Virus record (IMG/VR): IMGVR_UViG_3300035211_000056 | Location: 1-59,880 of that record | Reading direction: 5' to 3' (one strand) | Length of the DNA stretch: 59,880 bases | Source: a virus | Lineage: Duplodnaviria; Caudoviricetes | Shown: positions 1-8,914 of the stretch, piece after piece | How positions within the stretch are numbered: the first letter of the stretch is position 1 | Layout: each line of letters starts with the position of its first letter | Notes under the pieces: model-generated | Databases searched by the model: none | What the model was told of the DNA's origin: nothing | Seen by the model: the letters and a program-made list of their open reading frames with translations, nothing else | Position numbers and translations under genes: made by a program

Positions 1-67
1 GTTTAGTATAAATACCAGTTATATTTGACGGAAGATTAAGTGACATATATCCCTCGCTTAAAAATTC

Positions 68-93
68 AAACTCGGGATAAATCTATTATAACA
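68..93 (-). promoter_or_regulatory. Extended -10 promoter TGTTATAAT with +1 motif ATCCCGAGT (duplicate of 58315-58340)
   Basis: Minus strand reads TGTTATAAT-AGATTT-ATCCCGAGTTT upstream of the baseplate J start. Confidence 0.65.
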
Positions 94-97
94 TATA

Positions 98-541
98 TTA
101 AAAATCAGTGTTAAGCCATAATTGATACGTGTAATTATCCGTGATACCATTCGGTTTACTAATTGCTATGTCAAGCTGAATTCCATCATCCGTGAAAGAC
201 GCTTCTGTATTGACTTCTGAGGCATATCCTTTATCAATAAGCCATTGCAGAGCGGTATTACAATATTCAGTTCCGAGATTTAATTTATCCTGGGTTTTCC
301 TGCCGTTTACCAGCCATAAATAAGAAAACTGCATACCCGTGATATTTACAGCCCAGTATCCGCCCCGTTTAAACGGTTGCGGCACTTGTTCCTCAGTTGC
401 CCTTTCGTTTAAGAACAAACTCATTAATATTGCAGTTTCAAGGCCGTCGTCTTGAACGAAATCTCCTGAATCATCGTCAAAATCAATATCAAAGACTCCG
501 TCAGTTTCAACAATTTTTATTTCGCCTGATAAATCGCTCAT
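98..541 (-). CDS. Mu gp46-like baseplate protein (allele A)
   Basis: DDGLETAILMSLF..RA, RGGYW, S.LWL and ALQWLID motifs; lies between spike and baseplate J genes. Confidence 0.85.
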   Translation of the reverse strand: MSDLSGEIKIVETDGVFDIDFDDDSGDFVQDDGLETAILMSLFLNERATEEQVPQPFKRGGYWAVNITGMQFSYLWLVNGRKTQDKLNLGTEYCNTALQWLIDKGYASEVNTEASFTDDGIQLDIAISKPNGITDNYTYQLWLNTDF

Positions 542-542
542 T

Positions 543-1061
543 TTATTCTGGCTCCTCCGTATTTACGTTAATGCCGGTTACAGCTCCTGTAGGTGGTCCA
601 CCTGGAACAACAGTAACCGATGTCTCTAAATCAGGCAATGGGTGCGTATGTGTTTTTAAACTTATTCCATCTGCCACAACATCGCCACCTGTAACTATTA
701 TATCACAATCTGTTGTTACTTGGTTTGCAGATATAACAACATCTTTTTCAGTTGTTATATTTATGTTTCCGTCTTCATCGAATTTTATAACTGATCCAAC
801 TTTGAAATTACCAGTTTCAAACTCTCCCTCTTTTAGATTTTTATTCCTGTCAAAAGCAGATAATGGAATTATAAATCTATTTGCTTCATTACCATTTAGA
901 CAAAATAATAAACAAGGTGAATTTTTAGGAGGTGATCCGTGCGTACCATAAGATTCACAAACAAGAGAATCAACAAGTTTTTCTAGATATGTTATCTGAA
1001 CATAAGGAAACAAACTATCGTCTTTCATTTCTTTTTTTGTTTTTGCAAGTTTAATCGTCAT
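543..1061 (-). CDS. Mu gp45-like baseplate spike (allele A)
   Basis: YGTHGSPP, LKEGE and the metal-binding tip motif GISLKTHTH; synteny. Confidence 0.85.
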   Translation of the reverse strand: MTIKLAKTKKEMKDDSLFPYVQITYLEKLVDSLVCESYGTHGSPPKNSPCLLFCLNGNEANRFIIPLSAFDRNKNLKEGEFETGNFKVGSVIKFDEDGNINITTEKDVVISANQVTTDCDIIVTGGDVVADGISLKTHTHPLPDLETSVTVVPGGPPTGAVTGINVNTEEPE

Positions 1062-1062
1062 A

Positions 1063-2172
1063 TCATAATCCTAATTGAGAAAAAATATCGTCTTTCTTGT
1101 TAAATTTTGACTCGATTCCTTTTTGCTGTTCTTCAAGGGTAAACGCATCTTTGTTTACCAAACTTATATCTGTAAACGTACCATCAAGCGATTTTATATA
1201 TCTGCAAGATTTAATTAATAATTCAGCATCAATTCCGAACCTTTCATCAATAACTTGGATTAAATTATTAGGTTCTATTAACACCGTACTTTTTGCATCA
1301 AGATAAAAGCCTCTTATTCTGCAATTATACTGAAATCCTTTTACACGTCTTATGTTTGATTCCCATTTTGCCCGGTCTGAGTTTGTTTGCAGATCACTTG
1401 ATATGTCCGAATTAATAACCATTATGCGGCCGGCCCTTATATTTAAATCCTGTGCTAAACTTTTTTTGGAAACCGTCGAATCATTAAATAACTGGTCTAT
1501 GGGATTTCCCTGAGAGATAACGATATATTCCCGGAATCTTGAAGCGTCATTGTCTTCAAAATCAGAACGCAATATATTATTTTCAGTGCCTCCGATTTCT
1601 TTTTTTAAAATGGTTGTATATTTACCTGATCCTGCCCGTGTTAATATAACATCACCGTCGGAGTTACTTGTTATTAATAATTGCCTCATTCTGCAAAATT
1701 TTTGCAAAAATTCAAACGCATTATCCCCTATTTTCGCACTGGCAAGTTCGGATTTTGAAAATCTGCGGACCGTTAATCCTTGTTGCATTTTTACATTAAT
1801 ACCTGTTATTCCTAAGGATCCGAGAACTCTTTTAAACATTGTAAGTATATCAACAGATGTCTTAAAATCTATGTCACTTTTTATATAGCTATCAACAAGG
1901 TCCTGAACCTTGTCCCTACCTCTTAATCGTATTTCTGTAGTTTCCGGATCAGAATAACCGCCTATGCTATTTGTAAATCCGGTCATTACTTTATTATCAT
2001 CAATCCAGATTTCGCACTCATCACCCTTTGATAACGGAAAAACATCAGCAGCAGTATTGCTTGCCTTAAAATTAAATTCTCCTGCCGCAGAACCTAAGGA
2101 CCGGAAGAATTCCATATAAGTAAAGTTATGATATAGGTTTCCGTTTACGTTTATGCTTAATAAATTACTCAC
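1063..2172 (-). CDS. Mu gp44/gpP-like baseplate hub
   Basis: GRDK..DLVD, RF.EY.V..Q and RAKWE.N.R motifs; synteny. Confidence 0.85.
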   Translation of the reverse strand: MSNLLSINVNGNLYHNFTYMEFFRSLGSAAGEFNFKASNTAADVFPLSKGDECEIWIDDNKVMTGFTNSIGGYSDPETTEIRLRGRDKVQDLVDSYIKSDIDFKTSVDILTMFKRVLGSLGITGINVKMQQGLTVRRFSKSELASAKIGDNAFEFLQKFCRMRQLLITSNSDGDVILTRAGSGKYTTILKKEIGGTENNILRSDFEDNDASRFREYIVISQGNPIDQLFNDSTVSKKSLAQDLNIRAGRIMVINSDISSDLQTNSDRAKWESNIRRVKGFQYNCRIRGFYLDAKSTVLIEPNNLIQVIDERFGIDAELLIKSCRYIKSLDGTFTDISLVNKDAFTLEEQQKGIESKFNKKDDIFSQLGL

Positions 2173-3337
2173 TTAATATTTTAACGCTCCCTTTAATAAA
2201 TCCCGGGTCATACGGCTGATTTAAATAAAATAAATCATCGTATTTATCAATGTCTCCGTAATTATCATATGCAAGCAACAAGATACAAGTCGGCTGTACC
2301 GTTGTTGTTGTCACGTCTGCAAGGTCAAGGCTATCAAGATATGCTAATGTATTTGTCCTTAATGTATCAAGTTCAGCAATTACATCATTATCAAGGTCCT
2401 GCTTAATGTCTTCATATTGATCTTCTATTTCTGCCCTGGCAACCGCAAGCTCATCATCATTTGCAAATTCAATCTGTGATATAGTACCGTATGCCATAGC
2501 AAGAGCATTTACGTTTATGCAATCGTTTATTGCCTTAAATGTTTTTTTACGTTCAATATGGGCCATTGTGTCTTCATTAATTGTATCGTCTTCAGCACCA
2601 AAACTAAACATAGATTTCCATATTTCTAATTGAGATTTATTATCACTTGATGCAAAACTAAATGTATTAAATAGATTTTTTAAAGCAAGTCCTAATGTTG
2701 CTGGAGCTACAGCATAACTTGCAATTTTATCTTGAAAATCAAGTATCCCCTCATTAAGTTCATTTGCCTTATCCGCAACTTTGTATGTCAAAGATGCTGC
2801 ATTATCAAAAGTATCAAATACATCATTTAATTTAGTAGCCGTAAGTATTGCATTATCGCTGAAAACTGCGGTTAGTGAGTCAAAACCATCCTCAATCACG
2901 CCAAGAACTGTATCAATACCTCTTAAAATCAAAGGCTTTGTATTTTCGGAAGTATCAGGATATGACGGGTTGCTGGCCTGTTGAAATGTTACAGTAAATC
3001 CGGAAATACCGAATCTTTTATCCATTTCTTTTAATTCGCAACTTATTGCAGCACATAGTATTTCACCCTGGTACGGGTGTACCAGTTTTCCAAGACTAGG
3101 TTCTTCAAGCTTTTGTTTAAGCCTGTTTCTTTTTTCAAGTAGTGATGGTCCCTTAACATATAAATCAATTTGAAACTGATCTTCTGCCAAACCTAAAAAT
3201 TCAACCTCAGTCCTGTTTGAATCCGGGTATTGATGCGGAACTGTTTTCTGCCCGAACCTGATACTTGAGTTTTCTATCAGTACAGAAACTCCCTTATATT
3301 TTGCTTGTCTTAGTCTTCCTAATAGTGCTAAATCCAT
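2165..3337 (-). CDS. Mu gpN-like 'DNA circularisation' tail protein
   Basis: N-terminal A.YKGV, HQYP...VE.LG and GKLVHPYQG motifs; C-terminal LAYDNYGD..P.F. Confidence 0.85.
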   Translation of the reverse strand: MDLALLGRLRQAKYKGVSVLIENSSIRFGQKTVPHQYPDSNRTEVEFLGLAEDQFQIDLYVKGPSLLEKRNRLKQKLEEPSLGKLVHPYQGEILCAAISCELKEMDKRFGISGFTVTFQQASNPSYPDTSENTKPLILRGIDTVLGVIEDGFDSLTAVFSDNAILTATKLNDVFDTFDNAASLTYKVADKANELNEGILDFQDKIASYAVAPATLGLALKNLFNTFSFASSDNKSQLEIWKSMFSFGAEDDTINEDTMAHIERKKTFKAINDCINVNALAMAYGTISQIEFANDDELAVARAEIEDQYEDIKQDLDNDVIAELDTLRTNTLAYLDSLDLADVTTTTVQPTCILLLAYDNYGDIDKYDDLFYLNQPYDPGFIKGSVKILSE

Positions 3338-3351
3338 ATTAAAACCTCTAG

Positions 3352-5040
3352 TTATTGACCCATATTAAAGCCTAAATTAAAAGGCAAACCTTCGTTTGTT
3401 GATGAATAATTTTTAATCATTTTCCCTGGATCGTGAAAATAGATATTAACATCTGATTTCCCTTGATTAACTGGCGTATAATTAATATCTGATTGTTCTT
3501 TTTTCCAAAAATCTCTGTTTCTTATTAGTTTATCCCTCTCTCTAGACTTAACTAGGGATCGTCCACCTTCGTACATTGCTTGTCCTATTACTTTGAAACC
3601 ACCTATTGGTAATGATTTAAGTAAAAATCCTACGTCACGCATTATTTTATAAAATCCTATAGCAAAATTATTCATCAGATCATTTACTCTTTGTATAACC
3701 CAATATACATACATAAATGCACCAGCAATAATAAGAACAGATTTCCCGGCAGTTAATAATACAGTACTACCTAATATTTTAACTATATACGACAAAACTA
3801 ATGCAACAGGCGTTGATATTGCAACAATAGCACCGAATCCAGTTATTAATTTTCTTATATCTGGATCTATATCTTCTAATGTTTTTGAAAGTTCTTTTGT
3901 TTTGTTGTTTATCATTTCTACATATGGAGCCAAATCTTCTCCTAATAATTTACTTATTGCCGAAAAGCTACCTCTTAACATTTTTAATTGCTGATCGGTT
4001 GATTTTAAATTTCTGTTGTATGCGTCTTGTAGTCCAGTGTTTTCTATTGTGTCTTTAGCTATTTTTCTCATTGATCTATCAATTATATCAAGTTTATCAG
4101 AAGATAACGTCATTAATCCTGTAAAAGCTCTTATATTAGGTATTGCTAAATCAAGGGCATCTGGATATTTTTTATTTGCAACAATTACTTGTTCAAGAAC
4201 TTTTCTTAAACCAACAGCCTTTATCTGCGTCCTTCCGTGTGCTATCCCTAATTTTTCTAATATTTTTCGTGCTTGTGTTCCCGGCTTAGATAATGCACTT
4301 AAAGCACCTCTTAAAGCTGTCGTAGCCTCATCAGTGCTTAAACCTCCAAGTGTTACAGCAGACATTGTACTTAATAATTCTTCAAAACCTACGCCTGCGA
4401 CTTTAGCAATAGGAGCAACCTTACCGACGTTATTTGCTAACTCCGATACAGTAGTTTTACCAAATATCTGTGCAGAATAAAAAGCATTTGCTACATCGCT
4501 TGCTTTTGTTGTTTCTCTCCCGTATGCGTTCACAACTGATGTTATACCGTCAAGAGACGTGCTTAATTCAGCATTACCACCTATTGCTAGTTTTTGTGCT
4601 TGTTCATAAGCGTTAAATGCCTGATTGCCTGATCCTAATGCAGATACAGTATCAAATAATCCCTTGTTTGAATCATCAATAGTAAAACCAGTTTTTACAG
4701 CCTGTAATTGTAAAGAATTTAATTTACCTGTATATTTTGTTATTTCATCTTTTTCCATAAGTCCCTGAACATTTAATATACCTCTTTCCATCTTTGCGAA
4801 ATTTCTTACAGATGCTACACCTATTGCAGTCGCAGCTAGTGATGCATATCTCATGTTGTTACCAAAACTTCTTATTTTACTACTTGCCATAGACGTTTTC
4901 TGAGAAAAAGTTTTAGCCTTATTTCCTGCACCTGAAAAAGCACCATCCAGACCCTTAACGTTTTTCTTAATAGTATTAAGATTCTGAGACATCTTGTCTA
5001 TAGCTTCAAAAATATATGCAACTGAATAATTATCGGCCAC
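3352..5040 (-). CDS. Tail tape measure protein (TP901-type core), GTG start
   Basis: EAIDKMS N-terminus, GKTTVSELA..G.V.P.A...G..FEEL core, hydrophobic C-terminal segment; follows the chaperone. Confidence 0.85.
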   Translation of the reverse strand: MADNYSVAYIFEAIDKMSQNLNTIKKNVKGLDGAFSGAGNKAKTFSQKTSMASSKIRSFGNNMRYASLAATAIGVASVRNFAKMERGILNVQGLMEKDEITKYTGKLNSLQLQAVKTGFTIDDSNKGLFDTVSALGSGNQAFNAYEQAQKLAIGGNAELSTSLDGITSVVNAYGRETTKASDVANAFYSAQIFGKTTVSELANNVGKVAPIAKVAGVGFEELLSTMSAVTLGGLSTDEATTALRGALSALSKPGTQARKILEKLGIAHGRTQIKAVGLRKVLEQVIVANKKYPDALDLAIPNIRAFTGLMTLSSDKLDIIDRSMRKIAKDTIENTGLQDAYNRNLKSTDQQLKMLRGSFSAISKLLGEDLAPYVEMINNKTKELSKTLEDIDPDIRKLITGFGAIVAISTPVALVLSYIVKILGSTVLLTAGKSVLIIAGAFMYVYWVIQRVNDLMNNFAIGFYKIMRDVGFLLKSLPIGGFKVIGQAMYEGGRSLVKSRERDKLIRNRDFWKKEQSDINYTPVNQGKSDVNIYFHDPGKMIKNYSSTNEGLPFNLGFNMGQ

Positions 5041-5700
5041 GATTTTTTACCTTCTCAATTTCTTTTTTCTCTTGGTTAATTATGATATCTGTTTCGTCTA
5101 AGACATCTAAGAATTCAGGTATGCTTAAACTATCCAAGTATTCCATCGTTAACCCTCCGCCGAAGTATTTGATTACTTGAAGTTTAAGACGTAAAAAGTC
5201 TTTTATATACTTCGGCTGATACCTAAAAAATTTATAATATACTTCCCTAAAATTTCTTTAGTATCGATAACCGAAAGTTCGTCAAAGTGTTCTTTTTTCA
5301 TGGGTACAGTGTCTATAAGACAGCTTGCTTTTGTTGTTTGTTTAGTTAGTATTTCTTTTAGAGCATCAAAGCATTTATTCATATCAGCACCGTTTTGTAT
5401 CATTTCGCTTATAATTTCTGAAGGTTCAGGAGTTTTTTCTTTTTCGGAACCTTGCATTTTTTTAAGCTGTTCTATTTTTGATTCGGACATATCTTTTACC
5501 ATGTCCATACTTTTTTGAACTGCGTTTGCTCTTGATTTGTTAAATTCAACATCTATTATGTTTACTTCTTTGTAAACTTTATTTGTAGGAGCAAATATTT
5601 CTACGCTTTGAGCTTCGATAATATCTCCGTCAACAGTTACAGAAACAGGAGATTTTAAATTTACACTTATTGATTTTACGTTTTTTTCTTTTTCACTCAT
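5030..5700 (-). CDS. Tail assembly chaperone, -1 frameshifted long form (lambda gpGT/P2 gpE+E' analogue)
   Basis: The -1 frame is open from T TTT TTA (5230-5224) to TAA at 5032-5030 and reads RYQPKYIKDFLRLKLQVIKYFGGGLTMEYLDSLSIPEF...KNRGR. Confidence 0.8.
5159..5230 (-). promoter_or_regulatory. -1 programmed frameshift signal (slippery heptamer plus hairpin)
   Basis: TTTTTTA, a 7-nt spacer, then a perfect 10-bp stem GCCGAAGTAT/ATACTTCGGC (5216-5207 with 5168-5159). Confidence 0.8.
5203..5700 (-). CDS. Tail assembly chaperone, short form
   Basis: Between tube and tape measure genes; ends just after a slippery site. Confidence 0.75.
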   Translation of the reverse strand: MSEKEKNVKSISVNLKSPVSVTVDGDIIEAQSVEIFAPTNKVYKEVNIIDVEFNKSRANAVQKSMDMVKDMSESKIEQLKKMQGSEKEKTPEPSEIISEMIQNGADMNKCFDALKEILTKQTTKASCLIDTVPMKKEHFDELSVIDTKEILGKYIINFLGISRSI

Positions 5701-5705
5701 TAAAC

Positions 5706-5726
5706 ACCCCGGATATTTTTATTTTA
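5706..5726 (-). promoter_or_regulatory. Putative -10 TAAAAT with +1 motif ATCCGGGGT
   Basis: Same 6-nt spacing between -10 and motif as three other late promoters; lacks the TG extension and overlaps the RBS. Confidence 0.4.
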
Positions 5727-5735
5727 AAACCGTTT

Positions 5736-6116
5736 TTATTTAGGAAGCGGATCTCCTTCACATTCAACTTCTATAACAGCGTCGTTGCTATCTGGATATT
5801 CCGGATCGTTAATAACACTCATTCTTTTATAATTTTCATAAACACCACCTACAACAAAACGGATGGTATTTGCACCTGTATTAAGTTTCCAATTATCAAC
5901 ATCCCTTGCACTTATGTCAGTTGGCTTTACGGAAAACTTAAAATAACTTTTTGCAGTCTCAAGGTCTGTACTTGCAACTGTTTCAACATTTCCATTTCCA
6001 AGACTTTGAGTCATGACTTTTGTTTCGCCACGTCCTTTTTTTCTTGTTACCGATCCAGGAATTACCGGTATCGGTTTATCATTAACAATGACACTGCCGT
6101 CAATTAAAGATGTCAT
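5736..6116 (-). CDS. Tail tube protein
   Basis: 126 aa, immediately downstream of the sheath; beta-rich with an IEVECEG C-terminus. Confidence 0.75.
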   Translation of the reverse strand: MTSLIDGSVIVNDKPIPVIPGSVTRKKGRGETKVMTQSLGNGNVETVASTDLETAKSYFKFSVKPTDISARDVDNWKLNTGANTIRFVVGGVYENYKRMSVINDPEYPDSNDAVIEVECEGDPLPK

Positions 6117-6139
6117 TTTTTTACCCTCCGTACATCATT

Positions 6140-7720
6140 TTAAAAAGATGATGAAAAATTAGTTTTCAACGTGCTTAATACTTCTCTAAGCTGTGTAACA
6201 ATAGGCCATTCGTTACTTGATGTTATACGACCAAGCACAAGACTTATTGTTACGCTCATGTTATCAGTAAAATATTTTGATGCTTCTTTGCTTTTTGGTA
6301 CAAGGGCATAATCCCCAAGTGTTTCAAAATAATCAAGCATCTTAGAAACAAAATCAGCCTCGTCAGTCATGGAATAACCACGCACAAGGTTGCCGCTTGT
6401 TAATCTGCTCTGTGCATAATCTGATTTAATATTATTGAAAATATACTCTGCGCAAACAGACATTGTGTCTACTGTGTTTAAGTATTTCCATGTTGTGTCA
6501 ACGTTTCCGGCTGCATCTGTTTTGTATGTAGTCCTTATCTTGTCAAGGATAACCTGATTTCCTGCGTTGTTATTTCCCATTATACAACCGCCGGCAGTAA
6601 ATAAATCTGATTTTTCAGTATCCGTCCAACCTCTACCATCTGGTTGTATTGGAGATCCGAAAATAGGAGTATTTGCATAAGGTAATGAAGCAATATGCAT
6701 ACCGCCATAACCATCTAAATCACCTCTTATGCTTGCAGGGGTGAAATTAACAATATTTGCATCAGTCATCAATCTTACTGCACGAGTAGCAGCAACACGA
6801 GCCGCAGCAACAAAGTCAAGTTCAAGGTCTTCACCTCCATCGAAATTATCCTCTGCAACTTCTTTATTGCAAAGTATAACAAGATTTTTAGAATTTAAAG
6901 CATCTAGTACAGAAACCAAATCTGCTTTTGCGTCAGTTGCTTTTAGTATAGCAACACCGTCTTTGATTGCATTTGCAACATTAAATCTTGGATCAAGAAA
7001 ATCAGTTGCTAAGTCTGTTCCGTATTCATACGGATATGTCATTGTCTGATATCTTATTTTACTTACAACATCAAGCAGACTTGTTAATGTCGGGTCTGTT
7101 GCCCCTGCAGAAAAAGGAGTTAACGCAACAACCAAAGATCCAAAAACATAATCATCGCCTGATTTTGCAAGTCCGTCTATTTTTATAGTCGCTGTATTAA
7201 AAATTGTACCGCCGTTGTTAGCTTCTATATCAACGGAGCCGTCTTCATTATCTGTAACAGTAACAGGTAATTCAAGCAAATCAACAGCCGCAGCAAAATC
7301 AGCAGCCGTGTCTGTGGATGGGTCATCGTCAACTGCAATAGTAAGTTCAACGTCTTCACCCATTATGTTAAAATTCAAAGTTCCGTTTTTATCTGCGGTT
7401 CCTGAAAAAGTAACAGTTGCTTTTGATTTAGTAGCTCCGCCAGCGTCTTCCAAAGGAATAACGTCAACCCTCGGTAAATTAGGGCTTGGAGCCTGGTCAA
7501 ACACATCAAATACCGCATTAAGAGCAGCACCCAAAGCAGATTGATCATCAAACTTATCGTCTATGTCTGATCTTTCAATATCGGTATAAAGTGTTTTTTC
7601 AATTGCCGAACCTGTAGAAAGTTTCTGACCTATAACAAGTAATTTCTGAGTATCAACACCTGAAGGTAGGCTTGCAGATTGTTTTGTTATTGAAACATAT
7701 GGATTTTTTGCCTGTGACAT
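6140..7720 (-). CDS. Tail sheath protein (Mu gpL-like)
   Basis: LLVIGQKL, GATDP, and TTYKTDAAGNVD..WKYLNTVDT motifs. Confidence 0.9.
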   Translation of the reverse strand: MSQAKNPYVSITKQSASLPSGVDTQKLLVIGQKLSTGSAIEKTLYTDIERSDIDDKFDDQSALGAALNAVFDVFDQAPSPNLPRVDVIPLEDAGGATKSKATVTFSGTADKNGTLNFNIMGEDVELTIAVDDDPSTDTAADFAAAVDLLELPVTVTDNEDGSVDIEANNGGTIFNTATIKIDGLAKSGDDYVFGSLVVALTPFSAGATDPTLTSLLDVVSKIRYQTMTYPYEYGTDLATDFLDPRFNVANAIKDGVAILKATDAKADLVSVLDALNSKNLVILCNKEVAEDNFDGGEDLELDFVAAARVAATRAVRLMTDANIVNFTPASIRGDLDGYGGMHIASLPYANTPIFGSPIQPDGRGWTDTEKSDLFTAGGCIMGNNNAGNQVILDKIRTTYKTDAAGNVDTTWKYLNTVDTMSVCAEYIFNNIKSDYAQSRLTSGNLVRGYSMTDEADFVSKMLDYFETLGDYALVPKSKEASKYFTDNMSVTISLVLGRITSSNEWPIVTQLREVLSTLKTNFSSSF

Positions 7721-7774
7721 AATTAACCCTCCATTTTTCCGTGGGAGGATTAATTATTATGCTTAATTATAACA
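7720..7774 (-). promoter_or_regulatory. Sheath promoter TGTTATAAT and RBS-sequestering leader hairpin
   Basis: Promoter at 7774-7766. Leader TAATTAATCCTCC-CACGGAAAAAT-GGAGGGTTAATTA forms a 13-bp stem covering the SD and the A of ATG. Confidence 0.75.
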
Positions 7775-7809
7775 CAATTTATTAAATCAACACAATTTTT
7801 TTAATATAT

Positions 7810-8901
7810 TTATGAAAAGTCCTCATCTTCATTAAGTGTACCATTTACCTGCTTTTTGACTTCTTCGTAATCGTCAAATTCCATTTTAATACCTATCTGG
7901 AAATCCCTAAAAGCTCTTGTTTCACCTATTGGCACGGAATCAGCATTTGTTATATTAAATACATTTTCAAAATCAAATCTGTGGACATAATATGCCTTTG
8001 TGTATGATTCTCCGGCATCACCAGCGAATACAGCACAATATTTTATCCCTTCATCCAAACCGCTATCAAATTCAGCACCATGCAGACATTTTAATATATA
8101 CTTCCTTAATGTATAAATATAGTTTATGGCAGATCTAGGGGTGGTTTCATCCTGAGTAGGTATTAAAACATAGACGCTGAAATCTTCAACGCATTCGGTT
8201 TGCAAATCTTCTTTTGATTGCTTTTTATTTTTTGCATCAGAAAAAATATGACGGTCCGCACTTGCCAGGACATTACCCATGACAACAAATATTGTATACT
8301 TGGTTAATGGTTCTGACTGATTTTCAATATAGTCCATAATATCCTGTTCAGAGCTTAATCCGTCAATTCTTATATTGTTTAATACGGTCCCGGATAAAGA
8401 ATAAGGTTCAAGTTCATATTCAACATCATATTTTACCGTATTATCATCATTATCAATTGTTACCTCTTTTCTGCCAGAATATCCTCTTGATTCCAATAAA
8501 TAAAAAGTCCCGGTCGGCTCAACCGCAGACTGAATTGTTATTTTGTCATTTTCTGGAACTTCTATTAACGTTTTTTCTCCTGAGAAATCACCAACAAAAG
8601 TAACTGTTTTAGTTATGCCGTTTTCCTGTTCAAGTTCTGAATATGTCTGATCATGATCTTCTTCTGTTGTTAAAATCCATTCGTTATCATTATCTCCTGC
8701 CGTAACATCTGTTATTTCAAGTTTGCAATAAATACCTTTTATATTTGCATGAGTATCAGAAACTAAGTCCGCATCAACGGTTAATATAACCTCGTTCCCG
8801 TCAATAACGGCATTAGTAACATTAACAACGTCGCTGAAATCTTCTGTATATTTCGGCAGTTGTGATTGTATTTGAGCGATAATGTCTTCTAATTTTGCGA
8901 T
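7810..8901 (-). CDS. Neck/tail-terminator-like protein, extended to a probable ATC start (363 aa)
   Basis: Frame is open for 135 codons upstream of the TTG at 8496 with no ATG/GTG/TTG; SD GAGGT lies 5 nt before ATC; YYVHRFDFE C-terminal motif; precedes sheath. Confidence 0.7.
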   Translation of the reverse strand: MAKLEDIIAQIQSQLPKYTEDFSDVVNVTNAVIDGNEVILTVDADLVSDTHANIKGIYCKLEITDVTAGDNDNEWILTTEEDHDQTYSELEQENGITKTVTFVGDFSGEKTLIEVPENDKITIQSAVEPTGTFYLLESRGYSGRKEVTIDNDDNTVKYDVEYELEPYSLSGTVLNNIRIDGLSSEQDIMDYIENQSEPLTKYTIFVVMGNVLASADRHIFSDAKNKKQSKEDLQTECVEDFSVYVLIPTQDETTPRSAINYIYTLRKYILKCLHGAEFDSGLDEGIKYCAVFAGDAGESYTKAYYVHRFDFENVFNITNADSVPIGETRAFRDFQIGIKMEFDDYEEVKKQVNGTLNEDEDFS

Positions 8902-8914
8902 ATCACACCTCTTT

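Larger units (their letters stand above)
1..1676. repeat. Diverged direct repeat, copy A (matches 58248-59880)
   Basis: 1-127 is identical to 58248-58374. Beyond that the copies are colinear with many mostly synonymous substitutions and a different spike C-terminus. Confidence 0.95.

Noticed and set aside
1-1676. True terminal repeat, DGR template/variable pair or invertible cassette
   Set aside because: The copies are not identical, substitutions are not adenine-specific, orientation is direct, and there is no reverse transcriptase or invertase.
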